A stretch of 64,000 nucleotides of DNA, from NCBI GenBank assembly GCA_036000865.1, contig DASYUV010000252.1:623-64622 (forward strand). The letters are read 5' to 3'. The notes below the pieces were generated by a model. That model was given only the letters and a program-made list of their open reading frames with translations. It did no database searches and was not told the DNA's origin. The translations under genes and the position numbers were made by a program. The DNA is from Candidatus Binatia bacterium. Its GTDB lineage: Bacteria > Desulfobacterota > Binatia > UBA9968. Position 1 is the stretch's first letter, and each line of letters opens with the position of its first letter. Positions 36,694 to 46,006 of the stretch are shown piece after piece.

Positions 36694-38159
36694 TAATTAT
36701 ATAAAGACTGACTGCCGAGCTTTCTCGGAACATAACGACCCACGGGGTCGCCGACCATTTCCATGCTATTGCTTCTGTTTGACCACTCGGCGACGACGTT
36801 GCCACGGACAATCGTCATCACCGGCCAGCCGGTGAACTCCCATCCCTCATAGATGGACCATCCGGAAGAAGTGTAGAGCATGTCCGGCTTCACGGTGGCT
36901 TTCTTGTTCAAGTCCACAATCACGATATCGCCATCAGAGCCTACCCGAATCGTGCCTTTTTTGGGAAACACGCCGAACACTTTGGCGTTATTTTCACAAC
37001 AACACTCCACCATTCGCTCCAAGGAAATCCGTCCCTGGTTGACTCCTAAGCTGAGCATCACTTGCAGATACGCTTCGACACGGGATGAGAAACCGCTGAC
37101 GCTCTTCCAGACATCGCCTTTGACTTCCATCTCAGCACGCGGGACTCCATGGTTGACGTGATCCGTGCCAACACAGTGAATTCTTCCCTCTCTTAGTCCC
37201 GTCCAAATTCTTTCGATGGTCTCTTTGCTGCGAAGGGGAACATTGAGCTTCCAGGCGTCCTTAGCGAGAGAGAGGTAACAAGGAGCTGTTTGAGCGTAAA
37301 CTGTTAAACCGTCCTTGCGCGCTCTCTCCACTTCATCCATGGTCTCATCACACGTGCAGTGCTGGATGTAAAGCGGGCATTTCAGCAATCCGGCGAAATA
37401 CGCAAACTGCCGGACATGGGCCGCCTCCGCGAAATGCGGCGACCGGTCATCCCAGGCGCCGATATCCATGCGCCCCTGTTTTCTGAGTCGCTCCTCGAGA
37501 ACTCGAACAATGCCCCAATTTTCGCAGTGGAGGCTGACGATGCATGGAGCCCCAAGCCGTGCCACATGTTCCATGCCCCGGTAAACCGTGCCGTCATCGA
37601 AGCCGAAAAATCCCATTCGCTTCTGCGAGAGCCAGCCAGAATTTTCCGGGCGCATCATATGGAGGTAGTATTTGAACGAGGTGATACCGAACTTTTCCGC
37701 GTATTCCGGAATCTCCTCGGCCTGGCCATCGTTGGCGAGGATCGGCGTCAAAAAGAAATCCACGCGCGAATGTTTCTCACCGGCATCTTTGAAGTTTGGG
37801 AACACGTCCTTGAAAGAGACAATATCGTTGGGATTATTCTCCAGCTTGTGCTTCATCTGCATGTTGGGGCTGGTAAGCTGCATGCCCCAGGTAGTAACGC
37901 CGGTAGAAGCGGCGGCCTTGGTTTCGCTGATGAGATCGTCGGTGATCGGCCGGTGAATTCCCAGATGGACCTCGGGATCGATCAAACCTGGAAGAATGTG
38001 TTTTCCGCCGACGTCAATGATCTTCTGCGCGTCAGGCAACGCGGAGTCTTTGCCGACGGCGATAAATTTGCCGTCTTTTATCGCCACGCCACCTTCGATG
38101 ATACCCTGTGAGGAAACGATTTTTCCGTTCTTGACGACCAAGTCAGCGCGCTCGGCCAT
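36693..38159 (-). CDS. Hydantoinase/dihydropyrimidinase-like cyclic amidohydrolase (Hyd-A)
   Basis: ATG at 38159 after GGAGGA. Motifs present: DPEVH (in place of DxHxH), SFKYY (carbamylated-Lys position), HCEN, YIQH and GTDH. Confidence 0.8.
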   Translation of the reverse strand: MAERADLVVKNGKIVSSQGIIEGGVAIKDGKFIAVGKDSALPDAQKIIDVGGKHILPGLIDPEVHLGIHRPITDDLISETKAAASTGVTTWGMQLTSPNMQMKHKLENNPNDIVSFKDVFPNFKDAGEKHSRVDFFLTPILANDGQAEEIPEYAEKFGITSFKYYLHMMRPENSGWLSQKRMGFFGFDDGTVYRGMEHVARLGAPCIVSLHCENWGIVRVLEERLRKQGRMDIGAWDDRSPHFAEAAHVRQFAYFAGLLKCPLYIQHCTCDETMDEVERARKDGLTVYAQTAPCYLSLAKDAWKLNVPLRSKETIERIWTGLREGRIHCVGTDHVNHGVPRAEMEVKGDVWKSVSGFSSRVEAYLQVMLSLGVNQGRISLERMVECCCENNAKVFGVFPKKGTIRVGSDGDIVIVDLNKKATVKPDMLYTSSGWSIYEGWEFTGWPVMTIVRGNVVAEWSNRSNSMEMVGDPVGRYVPRKLGSQSLYN

Positions 38160-38191
38160 TTTACTTCCTCCGTTTCTTTGCACCCGATCGT

Positions 38192-39685
38192 TTAAGCTTC
38201 TATCGGGTAGGTTGCGTATCCCAGCTTCCTGGCCTGGTACCTTCCTCTGGGCTTACCCACCATGTTGTGCTTCTGTTCCTTCTCATTCCACTCCGAAGCA
38301 ACCTCGCCGCGCAGGATAACCTGATACGGCCAACCCGTGACCCCCCAGCCTTCGAAGACGGACCAGCCGGCAGAAGTTAAGAGCATATCTTTGTCGATCG
38401 TTTGTTTCTTTTTCAGGTCGACCAGTACGATGTCAGCATCGGCGCCCACTCTGAGCACCCCTTTCTTGGGAAAAAGACCAAAAGCCTTGGCCGGATTCTC
38501 GCAACAAAACTCGACGCACCGGGGTAAAGTGATTCGCCCTTTGTTGACGCCTTCGCTCAGCATGACCGGGAGCAGCGCCTCGACGCGAGAGGAGAATCCG
38601 CTAACGGTGTTCCACACGTCACCCTTGATCTCCATCTCCTCCCTGGGAACGCCGTGGTTCACGTGATCGGATCCTGTGCAATCGACATCCCCATTGGCCA
38701 CAGCTTTCCAGAGCTGTTCCATGGTCTGCCGATCTCGTAGCGGGACGTTGATCTTATAAACGTCGTGGTCAAGCGTCAGGTAATGAAAGCCGGTCTCGCC
38801 GATGATTTTGACTCCCTCGCTCCGGGCGCGAATAATCTCATCGATGGTTTCCTGCGTTGTGGTGTGCACGATGTAGAGAGGGGAGTTGGTCACTTTAGCG
38901 AGATAGGCGTACTGGCGCACGTGAGTGGCTTCGACAAAGTGCGGGCACCGTTCGTCCCAGGCCGCGTTATCCTTGCGCCCTTGTTTGATCAAACGCGCCT
39001 GAAGGACGCGAATAATCTCCCAGTTTTCCGGATGAATACAGGTGATGCAGGGAGGACCCAACCATCCGACATGCTCCATTCCAATGTAGACGGTCCCGTC
39101 GTCGAAGCCGTAGATGCCAATCTTTCTCTGCGGTTCCCATTGTCCCAAGGTATCCTGTCCGCGCTTGAGATGAAGATAGTATTTGTAAGACGTGGCGCCA
39201 TATTTCTCTGCCAACAGTGGAATTTCTTCGACCTGGGCGTCGTTGGAGACGAGCGGGGTTAAAAAATAGTCGACCATGGAGTGCGTGTTTCCCAGATCTT
39301 CGTAAATCGACATGACCTGACTGAAAGGCACGCTGTCCTCGGGGTCTTTAAACTTTTTGTAGCCGCGGCTGCGGCTTATGGTGGGGCTGGTCAGCATCAT
39401 TCCCCAGGTAGTTACTCCACCTGCGAGGGCGGCCTTCGTTTCGGAGATGAAATCGTCTTCCAAAGAACGGTGAACGCCAAGGTGCGTTTCCGGGTCCACG
39501 ACACCTGGAAGAACGTAGTTCCCCTTGGCGTCGATGGTTTTCTTCGCCGGGAAGCCGCTCAGATCGGTTGCGATCGCGGCGATCTTTTCGCCTTTGATCC
39601 CGATACTTGAGGATATAATGTCCGGCGGGATAACCAGCTTTCCATTTGTGATTACTAAATCAAACTCCATAGATCCATTGCTCAT
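38192..39685 (-). CDS. Hydantoinase/dihydropyrimidinase-like cyclic amidohydrolase (Hyd-B)
   Basis: DPETH, SYKYY, HPEN, YIVH and GSDH motifs. It ends 8-32 nt upstream of the Hyd-A start (8 nt by the track start at 38183, 32 nt by the ATG at 38159). Confidence 0.8.
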   Translation of the reverse strand: MSNGSMEFDLVITNGKLVIPPDIISSSIGIKGEKIAAIATDLSGFPAKKTIDAKGNYVLPGVVDPETHLGVHRSLEDDFISETKAALAGGVTTWGMMLTSPTISRSRGYKKFKDPEDSVPFSQVMSIYEDLGNTHSMVDYFLTPLVSNDAQVEEIPLLAEKYGATSYKYYLHLKRGQDTLGQWEPQRKIGIYGFDDGTVYIGMEHVGWLGPPCITCIHPENWEIIRVLQARLIKQGRKDNAAWDERCPHFVEATHVRQYAYLAKVTNSPLYIVHTTTQETIDEIIRARSEGVKIIGETGFHYLTLDHDVYKINVPLRDRQTMEQLWKAVANGDVDCTGSDHVNHGVPREEMEIKGDVWNTVSGFSSRVEALLPVMLSEGVNKGRITLPRCVEFCCENPAKAFGLFPKKGVLRVGADADIVLVDLKKKQTIDKDMLLTSAGWSVFEGWGVTGWPYQVILRGEVASEWNEKEQKHNMVGKPRGRYQARKLGYATYPIEA

Positions 39686-40088
39686 TATTGGCTTTTCCTT
39701 TCTACAAAATCATAGTTACAAACCAATGATAAATTTCCACTTTGTCTTACGGGAGGTATAACATGAAACTTTCATTGTCAATTTGAAAATCGTAAAACTG
39801 AAATTGAATAAAATTTAAGCTGACTCACTCCCGGCTACAAGCTAAAAGGTGCAACCCCGGTCGGCCCGAAGGCGTCTGATGATCGGTGAGTAGTCGAAAC
39901 GATCGGTGTGCATTGTCGCGCTCCTCTATCGAACGAGTTAGACGAAAGCTATGACAGCCGGGATCGACTCGTCGAAGCGAATTAATCCTAATCTTGCATT
40001 ACCACAATGTGTGAGTAACAAAACCTAGTCAAATATATTTGAAATTTCGGTTGCTCATTGGATTGCAGAATCGGAAAAGAGATGGCTC

Positions 40089-40164
40089 GCGCAAAGACGC
40101 AAAGCACGCCAAGTTCGGAGGAGTAGAAAAATATCTTACTTTGCGCTCTTGGCGCCTTGGCGCG
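40089..40164. repeat. REP/MITE-like inverted repeat (GCGCAAAGACGCAAAG...CTTTGCGC...TTGGCGCG type)
   Basis: GCGCAAAGACGCAAAGCACGCCAAG faces CTTACTTTGCGCTCTTGGCGCCTTGGCGCG with partial complementarity, inside a 750-bp non-coding region. Confidence 0.5.
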
Positions 40165-40437
40165 ATATAATTTCTTGAAGTCGTTTTGTTCAAGATTGAA
40201 AAAGCAAGAAACTAGTCCTAATGCGTTGGCAATCTCACCAAGCGATCGCTAAAGCTGCTCCTTTTCTGGCATCCGGCGAGTCCTCTCATACGACCGGCGA
40301 AACACTCATCAAACCATGATGAAAAATGCCTGGGTTAATGACCGCTTTACCGTGGGCCATGTTGGCAGAAAAAGCGAGCTGTGATAGAGGAACAAACCAG
40401 TGAAAAGTGTGGCGATAATTCGGAGGAAATGAGTGTC

Positions 40438-41913
40438 ATGGATGTCGGTGAGATGGACCTGGTGATCCAACATGGGCAGGTGGTAACCAGCAGCGGGGTG
40501 AAGAAGCTGGCAATCGGCATAAAGGATGGGAGGATTGTCGCTTTGACTTCGGGAACCGAATCGCTCCAGGCGCGGCAGACTATCGATGCTGATGGCAAAT
40601 ACGTCTTGCCGGGGATCGTGGACCCGGAAAATCACATGGGAACGCATCGCCCGTTGAAAGACAGCTTGAATAGTGAGACGCGAGCCGCGGCAGCCGGGGG
40701 AGTAACCACCTGGGGAATGATGCAGGCGAGTCCGAAACTCAGAAAAGAGTATATTCACGAGCCTGAAGCGAAAGATGTCGTCCCGTTCTCCCGGGTTATG
40801 CCGGAGTTCATCGAAGTCGTCGAATCACATTCTTTTGTGGATATATTTCTTACTGGGTTTATCACGACCGACGAACAGGCTCTCGACATTCCCAAAGTGG
40901 CCCAAGAATTCGGCGTCACATCCTTTAAATATTATCTTCACATGATGCAGGGAGCACGGACTCAGGCTATGTGGGCCGGGCGAGAGCGAGGCGGGTGGCT
41001 GGGCTTCGATGACGGGACGATTTATTTGGGCATGGAGAAGACAGCTGAGCTCGGACCTCCCGGAATCATCTGTATCCACCCTGAGAACTATGAGATTGTC
41101 CGCTTATTCGAGGATCGTCTCAGGCGGGCGGGACGGACGGACATGGCCGCTTGGGACGAGCGCTCACCCCATTTTTGTGAGGCGGGACATGTAAGGACCT
41201 ATGCTTATTATGCCGGGGTCACCGGCTGCCCGCTCTACGTCGTGCATACGACGACGAAAGAATCGATAGACGAGATCCTCAAGGCCAGAGCCGAAGGCGT
41301 TAAGATCTACAGCCAGACCGGCCACCATTATTTGACACTGTCGCACGACGTTTGGAAGATCAACGTTCCGCTTCGCGACGAAGCCACCATGGCTGCGCTG
41401 TGGGAAGCTCTGCGAGCGGGGCACATCGACTGCATCGGCACGGACCACGTTGATTGGGGAATGTCGCGGGTGCAGATGGATAAAGGCAACGTGTGGGAAA
41501 CCAGCAGCGGCTTTCCTTCCCGCGTGGAGGCTTACTTGCCTGTTATGCTGACCGAAGGACTCCATAAAGGAAAAATTTCCCTGGAAAAGCTAGTCGAGGT
41601 CTGTTGTGAAAATCCTGCCCGAATTTTCGGCCTCTATCCTAAAAAGGGAGTGATCAGCATTGGTTCTGATGCCGATTTTGTCATTGTCGATCTCGAGCGC
41701 ACGGCCCAAGTGAAGCGAGACATGATCTACAGCTCGGCTGGATGGTCGATCTGGGAGGGCAAGGAGCTTAAAGGCTGGCCGGTTATGACGATCCTTCGTG
41801 GAAACGTCATCATGGAATGGCCGGAGGGAGCCCCTCGGGCGAGGATAATGATGGAAGGACCGCAGGGTCGGTATCTTCCGCGCAAGCCGGGCCAAGAGCT
41901 CTATCCAATTTAA
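40438..41913 (+). CDS. Hydantoinase/dihydropyrimidinase-like cyclic amidohydrolase (Hyd-C)
   Basis: The ATG at 40438 lies 11 nt after GGAGG. The track ORF begins at a GTG at 40381. DPENH, SFKYY, HPEN, YVVH and GTDH motifs. Confidence 0.8.
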   Translation: MDVGEMDLVIQHGQVVTSSGVKKLAIGIKDGRIVALTSGTESLQARQTIDADGKYVLPGIVDPENHMGTHRPLKDSLNSETRAAAAGGVTTWGMMQASPKLRKEYIHEPEAKDVVPFSRVMPEFIEVVESHSFVDIFLTGFITTDEQALDIPKVAQEFGVTSFKYYLHMMQGARTQAMWAGRERGGWLGFDDGTIYLGMEKTAELGPPGIICIHPENYEIVRLFEDRLRRAGRTDMAAWDERSPHFCEAGHVRTYAYYAGVTGCPLYVVHTTTKESIDEILKARAEGVKIYSQTGHHYLTLSHDVWKINVPLRDEATMAALWEALRAGHIDCIGTDHVDWGMSRVQMDKGNVWETSSGFPSRVEAYLPVMLTEGLHKGKISLEKLVEVCCENPARIFGLYPKKGVISIGSDADFVIVDLERTAQVKRDMIYSSAGWSIWEGKELKGWPVMTILRGNVIMEWPEGAPRARIMMEGPQGRYLPRKPGQELYPI

Positions 41914-41931
41914 GTTCTCCAGGGAGACTTT

Positions 41932-42903
41932 ATGATTTTGAAATTGCTGTTCGCTGGGATGGTTTTCGCGGCGGCGACGATTTTGGGTGCGGCTCAGGCG
42001 CAGTCGGTTCGGATCAGCTACGGCGGAACTTCGGGATATAACGTGCCCGTGTGGGTGACTCAGGAGGCCGGATTGTTCAAGAAGTACGGATTGAACGCAG
42101 AGCTGATCTTCATCAGCGGCGCCGCTCCTGGCATGCAGGCGATGCTCGCCAACGAGGTCCACTTCGCAAACACGTCAGGGTCGGCGCCTATCAATGCTAC
42201 GCTTCAGGGAACCGATGCCGTCATCATCGCTACGTCATACGATCTGATCCCTTACGGTTTTGTCGTGCATAAAGACATTCATACTCCTGCCGACCTGAAA
42301 GGGAAGATTATCGCGATCTCCCGATTGGGAGGCGTGACCGAGCTCGCCGCCCGAGTAACCTTCGAAAAGTTGGGGTTGAATCCCAAGGACATGACCTTGA
42401 TCCAGGCCGGCCCGGACGCGCAGAGAATTCCAGCCGTTCAATCCGGCAATGCGGCGGCTACGGTGATCGCGCCGCCCGGTCTTTTCGCGGCCGTCGCGCG
42501 CGGCCTGAGAGTTCTGGTTGACCTGACGGACTTGGGGATCAAGTATCCGACGTCTGTTTTCTTTGTCACGCGCTCTTTTCTCATGCAGAATCGGCCAGCA
42601 GTGAAGAAATTTCTAATGGCTTTTACTGACGGACTCCATCTTTACGCGCAGAGGCGGGACTTCGTGCTGCAGGTCATGAAGAAATACACGAAGCTTGATG
42701 ACGCGGACGTTTTGACGAAGTCGCATGATTATTTTGTTAAGAAAACTCTTCTGGTACCGCTGACGGATGCGGCGGCGGTAAAAAATGCCTTGCCGATGGG
42801 AAAGCCGGTCAATCGAAAACTCGAGGACTTTTACGATAATTCGATCGTGCAGGAGCTGATCAGCGAAGGGTTTGTGGAAAAAATTTCTAATGCCTACAAG
42901 TAG
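41932..42903 (+). CDS. NMT1/SsuA-type solute-binding protein (SBP-8)
   Basis: Signal peptide MILKLLFAGMVFAAATILGAAQA/QS and the AISRLGGVTEL motif. Confidence 0.8.
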   Translation: MILKLLFAGMVFAAATILGAAQAQSVRISYGGTSGYNVPVWVTQEAGLFKKYGLNAELIFISGAAPGMQAMLANEVHFANTSGSAPINATLQGTDAVIIATSYDLIPYGFVVHKDIHTPADLKGKIIAISRLGGVTELAARVTFEKLGLNPKDMTLIQAGPDAQRIPAVQSGNAAATVIAPPGLFAAVARGLRVLVDLTDLGIKYPTSVFFVTRSFLMQNRPAVKKFLMAFTDGLHLYAQRRDFVLQVMKKYTKLDDADVLTKSHDYFVKKTLLVPLTDAAAVKNALPMGKPVNRKLEDFYDNSIVQELISEGFVEKISNAYK

Positions 42904-42944
42904 GAAGGCGCTGCATCAATTGACACCAACCCTAGGAGGCAATC

Positions 42945-44396
42945 ATGGCTCAGGTGGAAGTGCTTTTTAAGAATGGAAAGATTGTAACCTCCGGGAAAAT
43001 TATCGAGGGCTTTGTCGCCGTCGAAAAGGAGAAAATCGTCGCCGTCGGCGAGGGAGACGCTGCACCGCAAGCACTGAAGACAATCGATCTTAAAGGTCGC
43101 ACATTGATTCCCGGAGTCGTTGACCCGGAAGTCCATTTTGGCAGCCACCGCTGGGTCGGAGACGAATTCGATTCGGAGACCCGCGGCGCCGCCTCCTATG
43201 GCATCACGACCTGGGGCTTCATGCAGCCCAGCGCCAACATGGGACAGCCGTACAAGGCTGAAAAGACCGAGGAGGAAGTGCCGCTCTATGCCGACGTATT
43301 CGGCCTGTTTCGGGAGCTCGGCGAGGCGCGCTCGATGGTCGATTTTTTTCTCACCCCGAAGATTTTAAAAGACGAACACGCGCTGGAAATTCCGCGGTTG
43401 GCGCGGGACTTTGGCATGACGTCGTTTAAATACCAGCTTCATCTCATGAGCCCGGAGCGTACGGCGACTTACTGGCCCAACCGAAAAAGCCAGGGTTATT
43501 TCGGGTATGATGACGGAACGATTTATCTGGGCCTGGAAGCAGTCGCCAAATTGGGACGCCCCGCGATTGTCTGCATGCACTGTGAGAACTGGGAGATCGC
43601 TCGCATCTTCGAAGAGCGTCTTTTAAAAGCGGGGCGAAAGGAATACCGGGTTTGGAACGAGCGCTCACCGCATTTTTGCGAAGCCGGGCACGTGCGCGCG
43701 TATACGTACTACGCGCGCGTTCTAAAATGCCCGCTTTACATCCAGCACACCACCACTCCGGAAACAATCGAGGAGATCACCAAGGCAAGAGCGGAGGGCG
43801 CTACTGTGTACGCGCAGACGGGGCCTCATTATCTGAGCCTCACCGAAGACATGTGGCGCATCAACGTGCCGCTGCGGAGCGCAGAAACCATCGAGATCCT
43901 TTGGCAGGCCCTGGCGGACGGCCGCATCGACTCGGTGGGCAGCGACCATACGAACACGGGCAGATCACGCAAGGAGATGGAAGTCCCCGGTGATATCTGG
44001 GCAACAAGAACCGGGTTCCCTTCACGGGGAGAGGCGGCCCTGCCGGTAATGCTCAATGACGGCGTGAACCGGGGACGGATTTCGCTCCTTCGGATGGTTC
44101 AAGTCTGCTCGGAGAATCCGGCGCGGATCTTTGGACTCTACCCGAAGAAGGGCGTTATCGCACCGGGGGCCGATGCGGACCTCGTGGTGGTAGACCTGGA
44201 TCGGAAGGTTAAAGTGACCAACGACATGGTTCATAGCTCGGCCGGCTGGACGCTGTGGGAGGGGAGAGAGATGAAAGGCTGGCCCGTGATGACCGTGCTC
44301 CGCGGGAAGACAATCGCGGAGTGGCCCGACGGGGGAAAGAGACCGGAAATCGTCTCCAAGCCGTTCGGTCGCTACCAACCCCGTTCGCTGGGGTGA
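42945..44396 (+). CDS. Hydantoinase/dihydropyrimidinase-like cyclic amidohydrolase (Hyd-D)
   Basis: AGGAGG RBS. DPEVH, SFKYQ, HCEN, YIQH and GSDH motifs. Confidence 0.8.
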   Translation: MAQVEVLFKNGKIVTSGKIIEGFVAVEKEKIVAVGEGDAAPQALKTIDLKGRTLIPGVVDPEVHFGSHRWVGDEFDSETRGAASYGITTWGFMQPSANMGQPYKAEKTEEEVPLYADVFGLFRELGEARSMVDFFLTPKILKDEHALEIPRLARDFGMTSFKYQLHLMSPERTATYWPNRKSQGYFGYDDGTIYLGLEAVAKLGRPAIVCMHCENWEIARIFEERLLKAGRKEYRVWNERSPHFCEAGHVRAYTYYARVLKCPLYIQHTTTPETIEEITKARAEGATVYAQTGPHYLSLTEDMWRINVPLRSAETIEILWQALADGRIDSVGSDHTNTGRSRKEMEVPGDIWATRTGFPSRGEAALPVMLNDGVNRGRISLLRMVQVCSENPARIFGLYPKKGVIAPGADADLVVVDLDRKVKVTNDMVHSSAGWTLWEGREMKGWPVMTVLRGKTIAEWPDGGKRPEIVSKPFGRYQPRSLG

Positions 44397-44535
44397 GGCT
44401 GAATTTTAGCATCTATGCGCGGAGGGCGCAGGTTGTAAGCTAGACGCGGTCAGGCCACCTTGTCTGGGGAGAGTAAGAACTTTTCAAGCGTAAGGATCCC
44501 ACCAGAACACTGGGTTTACACACTCCGATCGTCTC

Positions 44536-45888
44536 ATGACAACTCTCCTTGAACACGCCACCGTCGTCACGATGAATGCGAAGAAGGAGATTCTCCAAGA
44601 CAGCCATGTGCTAATTCAGGATGGTCGGATTGCGAGTGTGGGGCTTGCGGAATCTAGCAAAGCCGATCAAGTCATCGATTGCCAGGGTAAGATTATTATC
44701 CCTGGCCTTGTAAGCGCTCACTCCCATCTCACAGGATTGCTTCAACGAGGGTTGTGGGATGAGAACAGTTTCGAATCCTGGTCGCGGAAATCTACGGCAA
44801 CGGAAAAGTCATTTCAGGCTTTTCCGGAGGACATCTATGCGCTCCATTGTGGAGCTTGTGTGGAGTTCATCAGGCATGGTGCAACGACGGTTCTCAACAT
44901 GTTTACCGTTTCCTCGCACGTCCCGCTGGAATTGATCGATGCTTCGTGTCGCGCGCTCCGGGATAGCGGAATCAGGGGCATTCTAGCGCTTTCGGTCAAA
45001 GACCAATCGCCGGACAATCCGGCCATTGGTCTTGATTCTATTGATGCCGAATTCTGGAGTGCGCGAGCCAAGGAAGCCGCCGCGTGTGTCAGCGACTTTG
45101 GCCCGAGAGTATCCTTCATGCTGGCGCCTTCAGCGCCTCAACGCTGCAGTGACAACCTCCTGATACGATGTAAAGACCTAGCGGAAGAGCTCGGAGTGGG
45201 TGTTCACACACACCTTGCCGAAACCAAATCTCACGCGCGTGTGGCAAGAAGTCTCTATGGACAGCCGATGGTAAAGCATCTGGAGAAAATCGGCTTTCTT
45301 GGGCCTCATCTCTCCGTGGCGCACTCGATCTGGTTGGATGAAGAAGAAATTGACATCTTGAGTCGCTATCGGGTTAACGTCGTTCATAATCCATCGAGCA
45401 ATATGAAGCTCGGCAGTGGAGCCGCCGGAGTCAAAAAGATGCTCGACCGAGGTATCACCGTTGGACTAGGAGCAGACAGCGTGAATGCGGGCACCGTTTA
45501 CTCAATCTTCGAGCAAATGAAACTATCAGTGTTGCTACCAAGGGCCGTTTGGGAACCCGAGGATTGGATTTCGCCTGACGAGGCGTTTGAAATGGGATGC
45601 CTCGGCGGAGCCAGAGCCATGCTTCTAGGCGATGAAATCGGGTCGATTGAAGAGGGAAAGAAAGCCGACCTCGTGGTGCTGAAACTTTCGACCAGCCTTT
45701 TGCCAGCAAATAATCTGACAGCGCAGCTTGCACTGTCTGAGGGCGGTGAGTCTATTGAGACCGTTTTCGTCGACGGAGAGCCTATTTTGCTTAACGGGCG
45801 TTTCACGAAGATCGATGAAGATGCCGTTCTTGAAGCGCTTTCATCCTTCACACCCAGAATCGCCGCAATCAATGCTTCGTTCCGCTGA
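44536..45888 (+). CDS. TRZ/ATZ-family amidohydrolase (aminohydrolase/deaminase/chlorohydrolase type)
   Basis: PGLVSAHSHL (HxH), GVHTHLAE and GLGADS motifs. The length and layout match SsnA / MTA-deaminase / AtzA-like enzymes. Confidence 0.75.
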   Translation: MTTLLEHATVVTMNAKKEILQDSHVLIQDGRIASVGLAESSKADQVIDCQGKIIIPGLVSAHSHLTGLLQRGLWDENSFESWSRKSTATEKSFQAFPEDIYALHCGACVEFIRHGATTVLNMFTVSSHVPLELIDASCRALRDSGIRGILALSVKDQSPDNPAIGLDSIDAEFWSARAKEAAACVSDFGPRVSFMLAPSAPQRCSDNLLIRCKDLAEELGVGVHTHLAETKSHARVARSLYGQPMVKHLEKIGFLGPHLSVAHSIWLDEEEIDILSRYRVNVVHNPSSNMKLGSGAAGVKKMLDRGITVGLGADSVNAGTVYSIFEQMKLSVLLPRAVWEPEDWISPDEAFEMGCLGGARAMLLGDEIGSIEEGKKADLVVLKLSTSLLPANNLTAQLALSEGGESIETVFVDGEPILLNGRFTKIDEDAVLEALSSFTPRIAAINASFR

Positions 45889-46006
45889 TCTGTCGCTCTT
45901 TGAGGCGGCTTCAGCTTCCTACCCCACCAAATGGATTAACCCCCAGACGCGAGGGACAACAACATGACGAGTTACGCAGACTGCTGTTTTTGCATTCAGC
46001 ATCCTG

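Noticed and set aside
36569-36811. Long N-terminal extensions of track ORFs (35588-36811, 50736-51812, 33092-34198, 22784-23938, 13240-13896, 32391-33071)
   Set aside because: The extensions run through REP elements or overlap the upstream gene. Internal ATG/GTG starts have good RBSs and yield canonical signal peptides or ATGA-coupled starts.
37359-38111. 250-aa plus-strand ORF inside Hyd-A (also 38765-39262, 46739-47443, 54646-55419, 17286-17909)
   Set aside because: All lie antisense to genes with clear family motifs and have no independent support.
40309-40758. 149-aa minus-strand ORF overlapping the Hyd-C start
   Set aside because: It overlaps the 5' end of a well-supported gene on the opposite strand, and it has no RBS and no recognisable domain.
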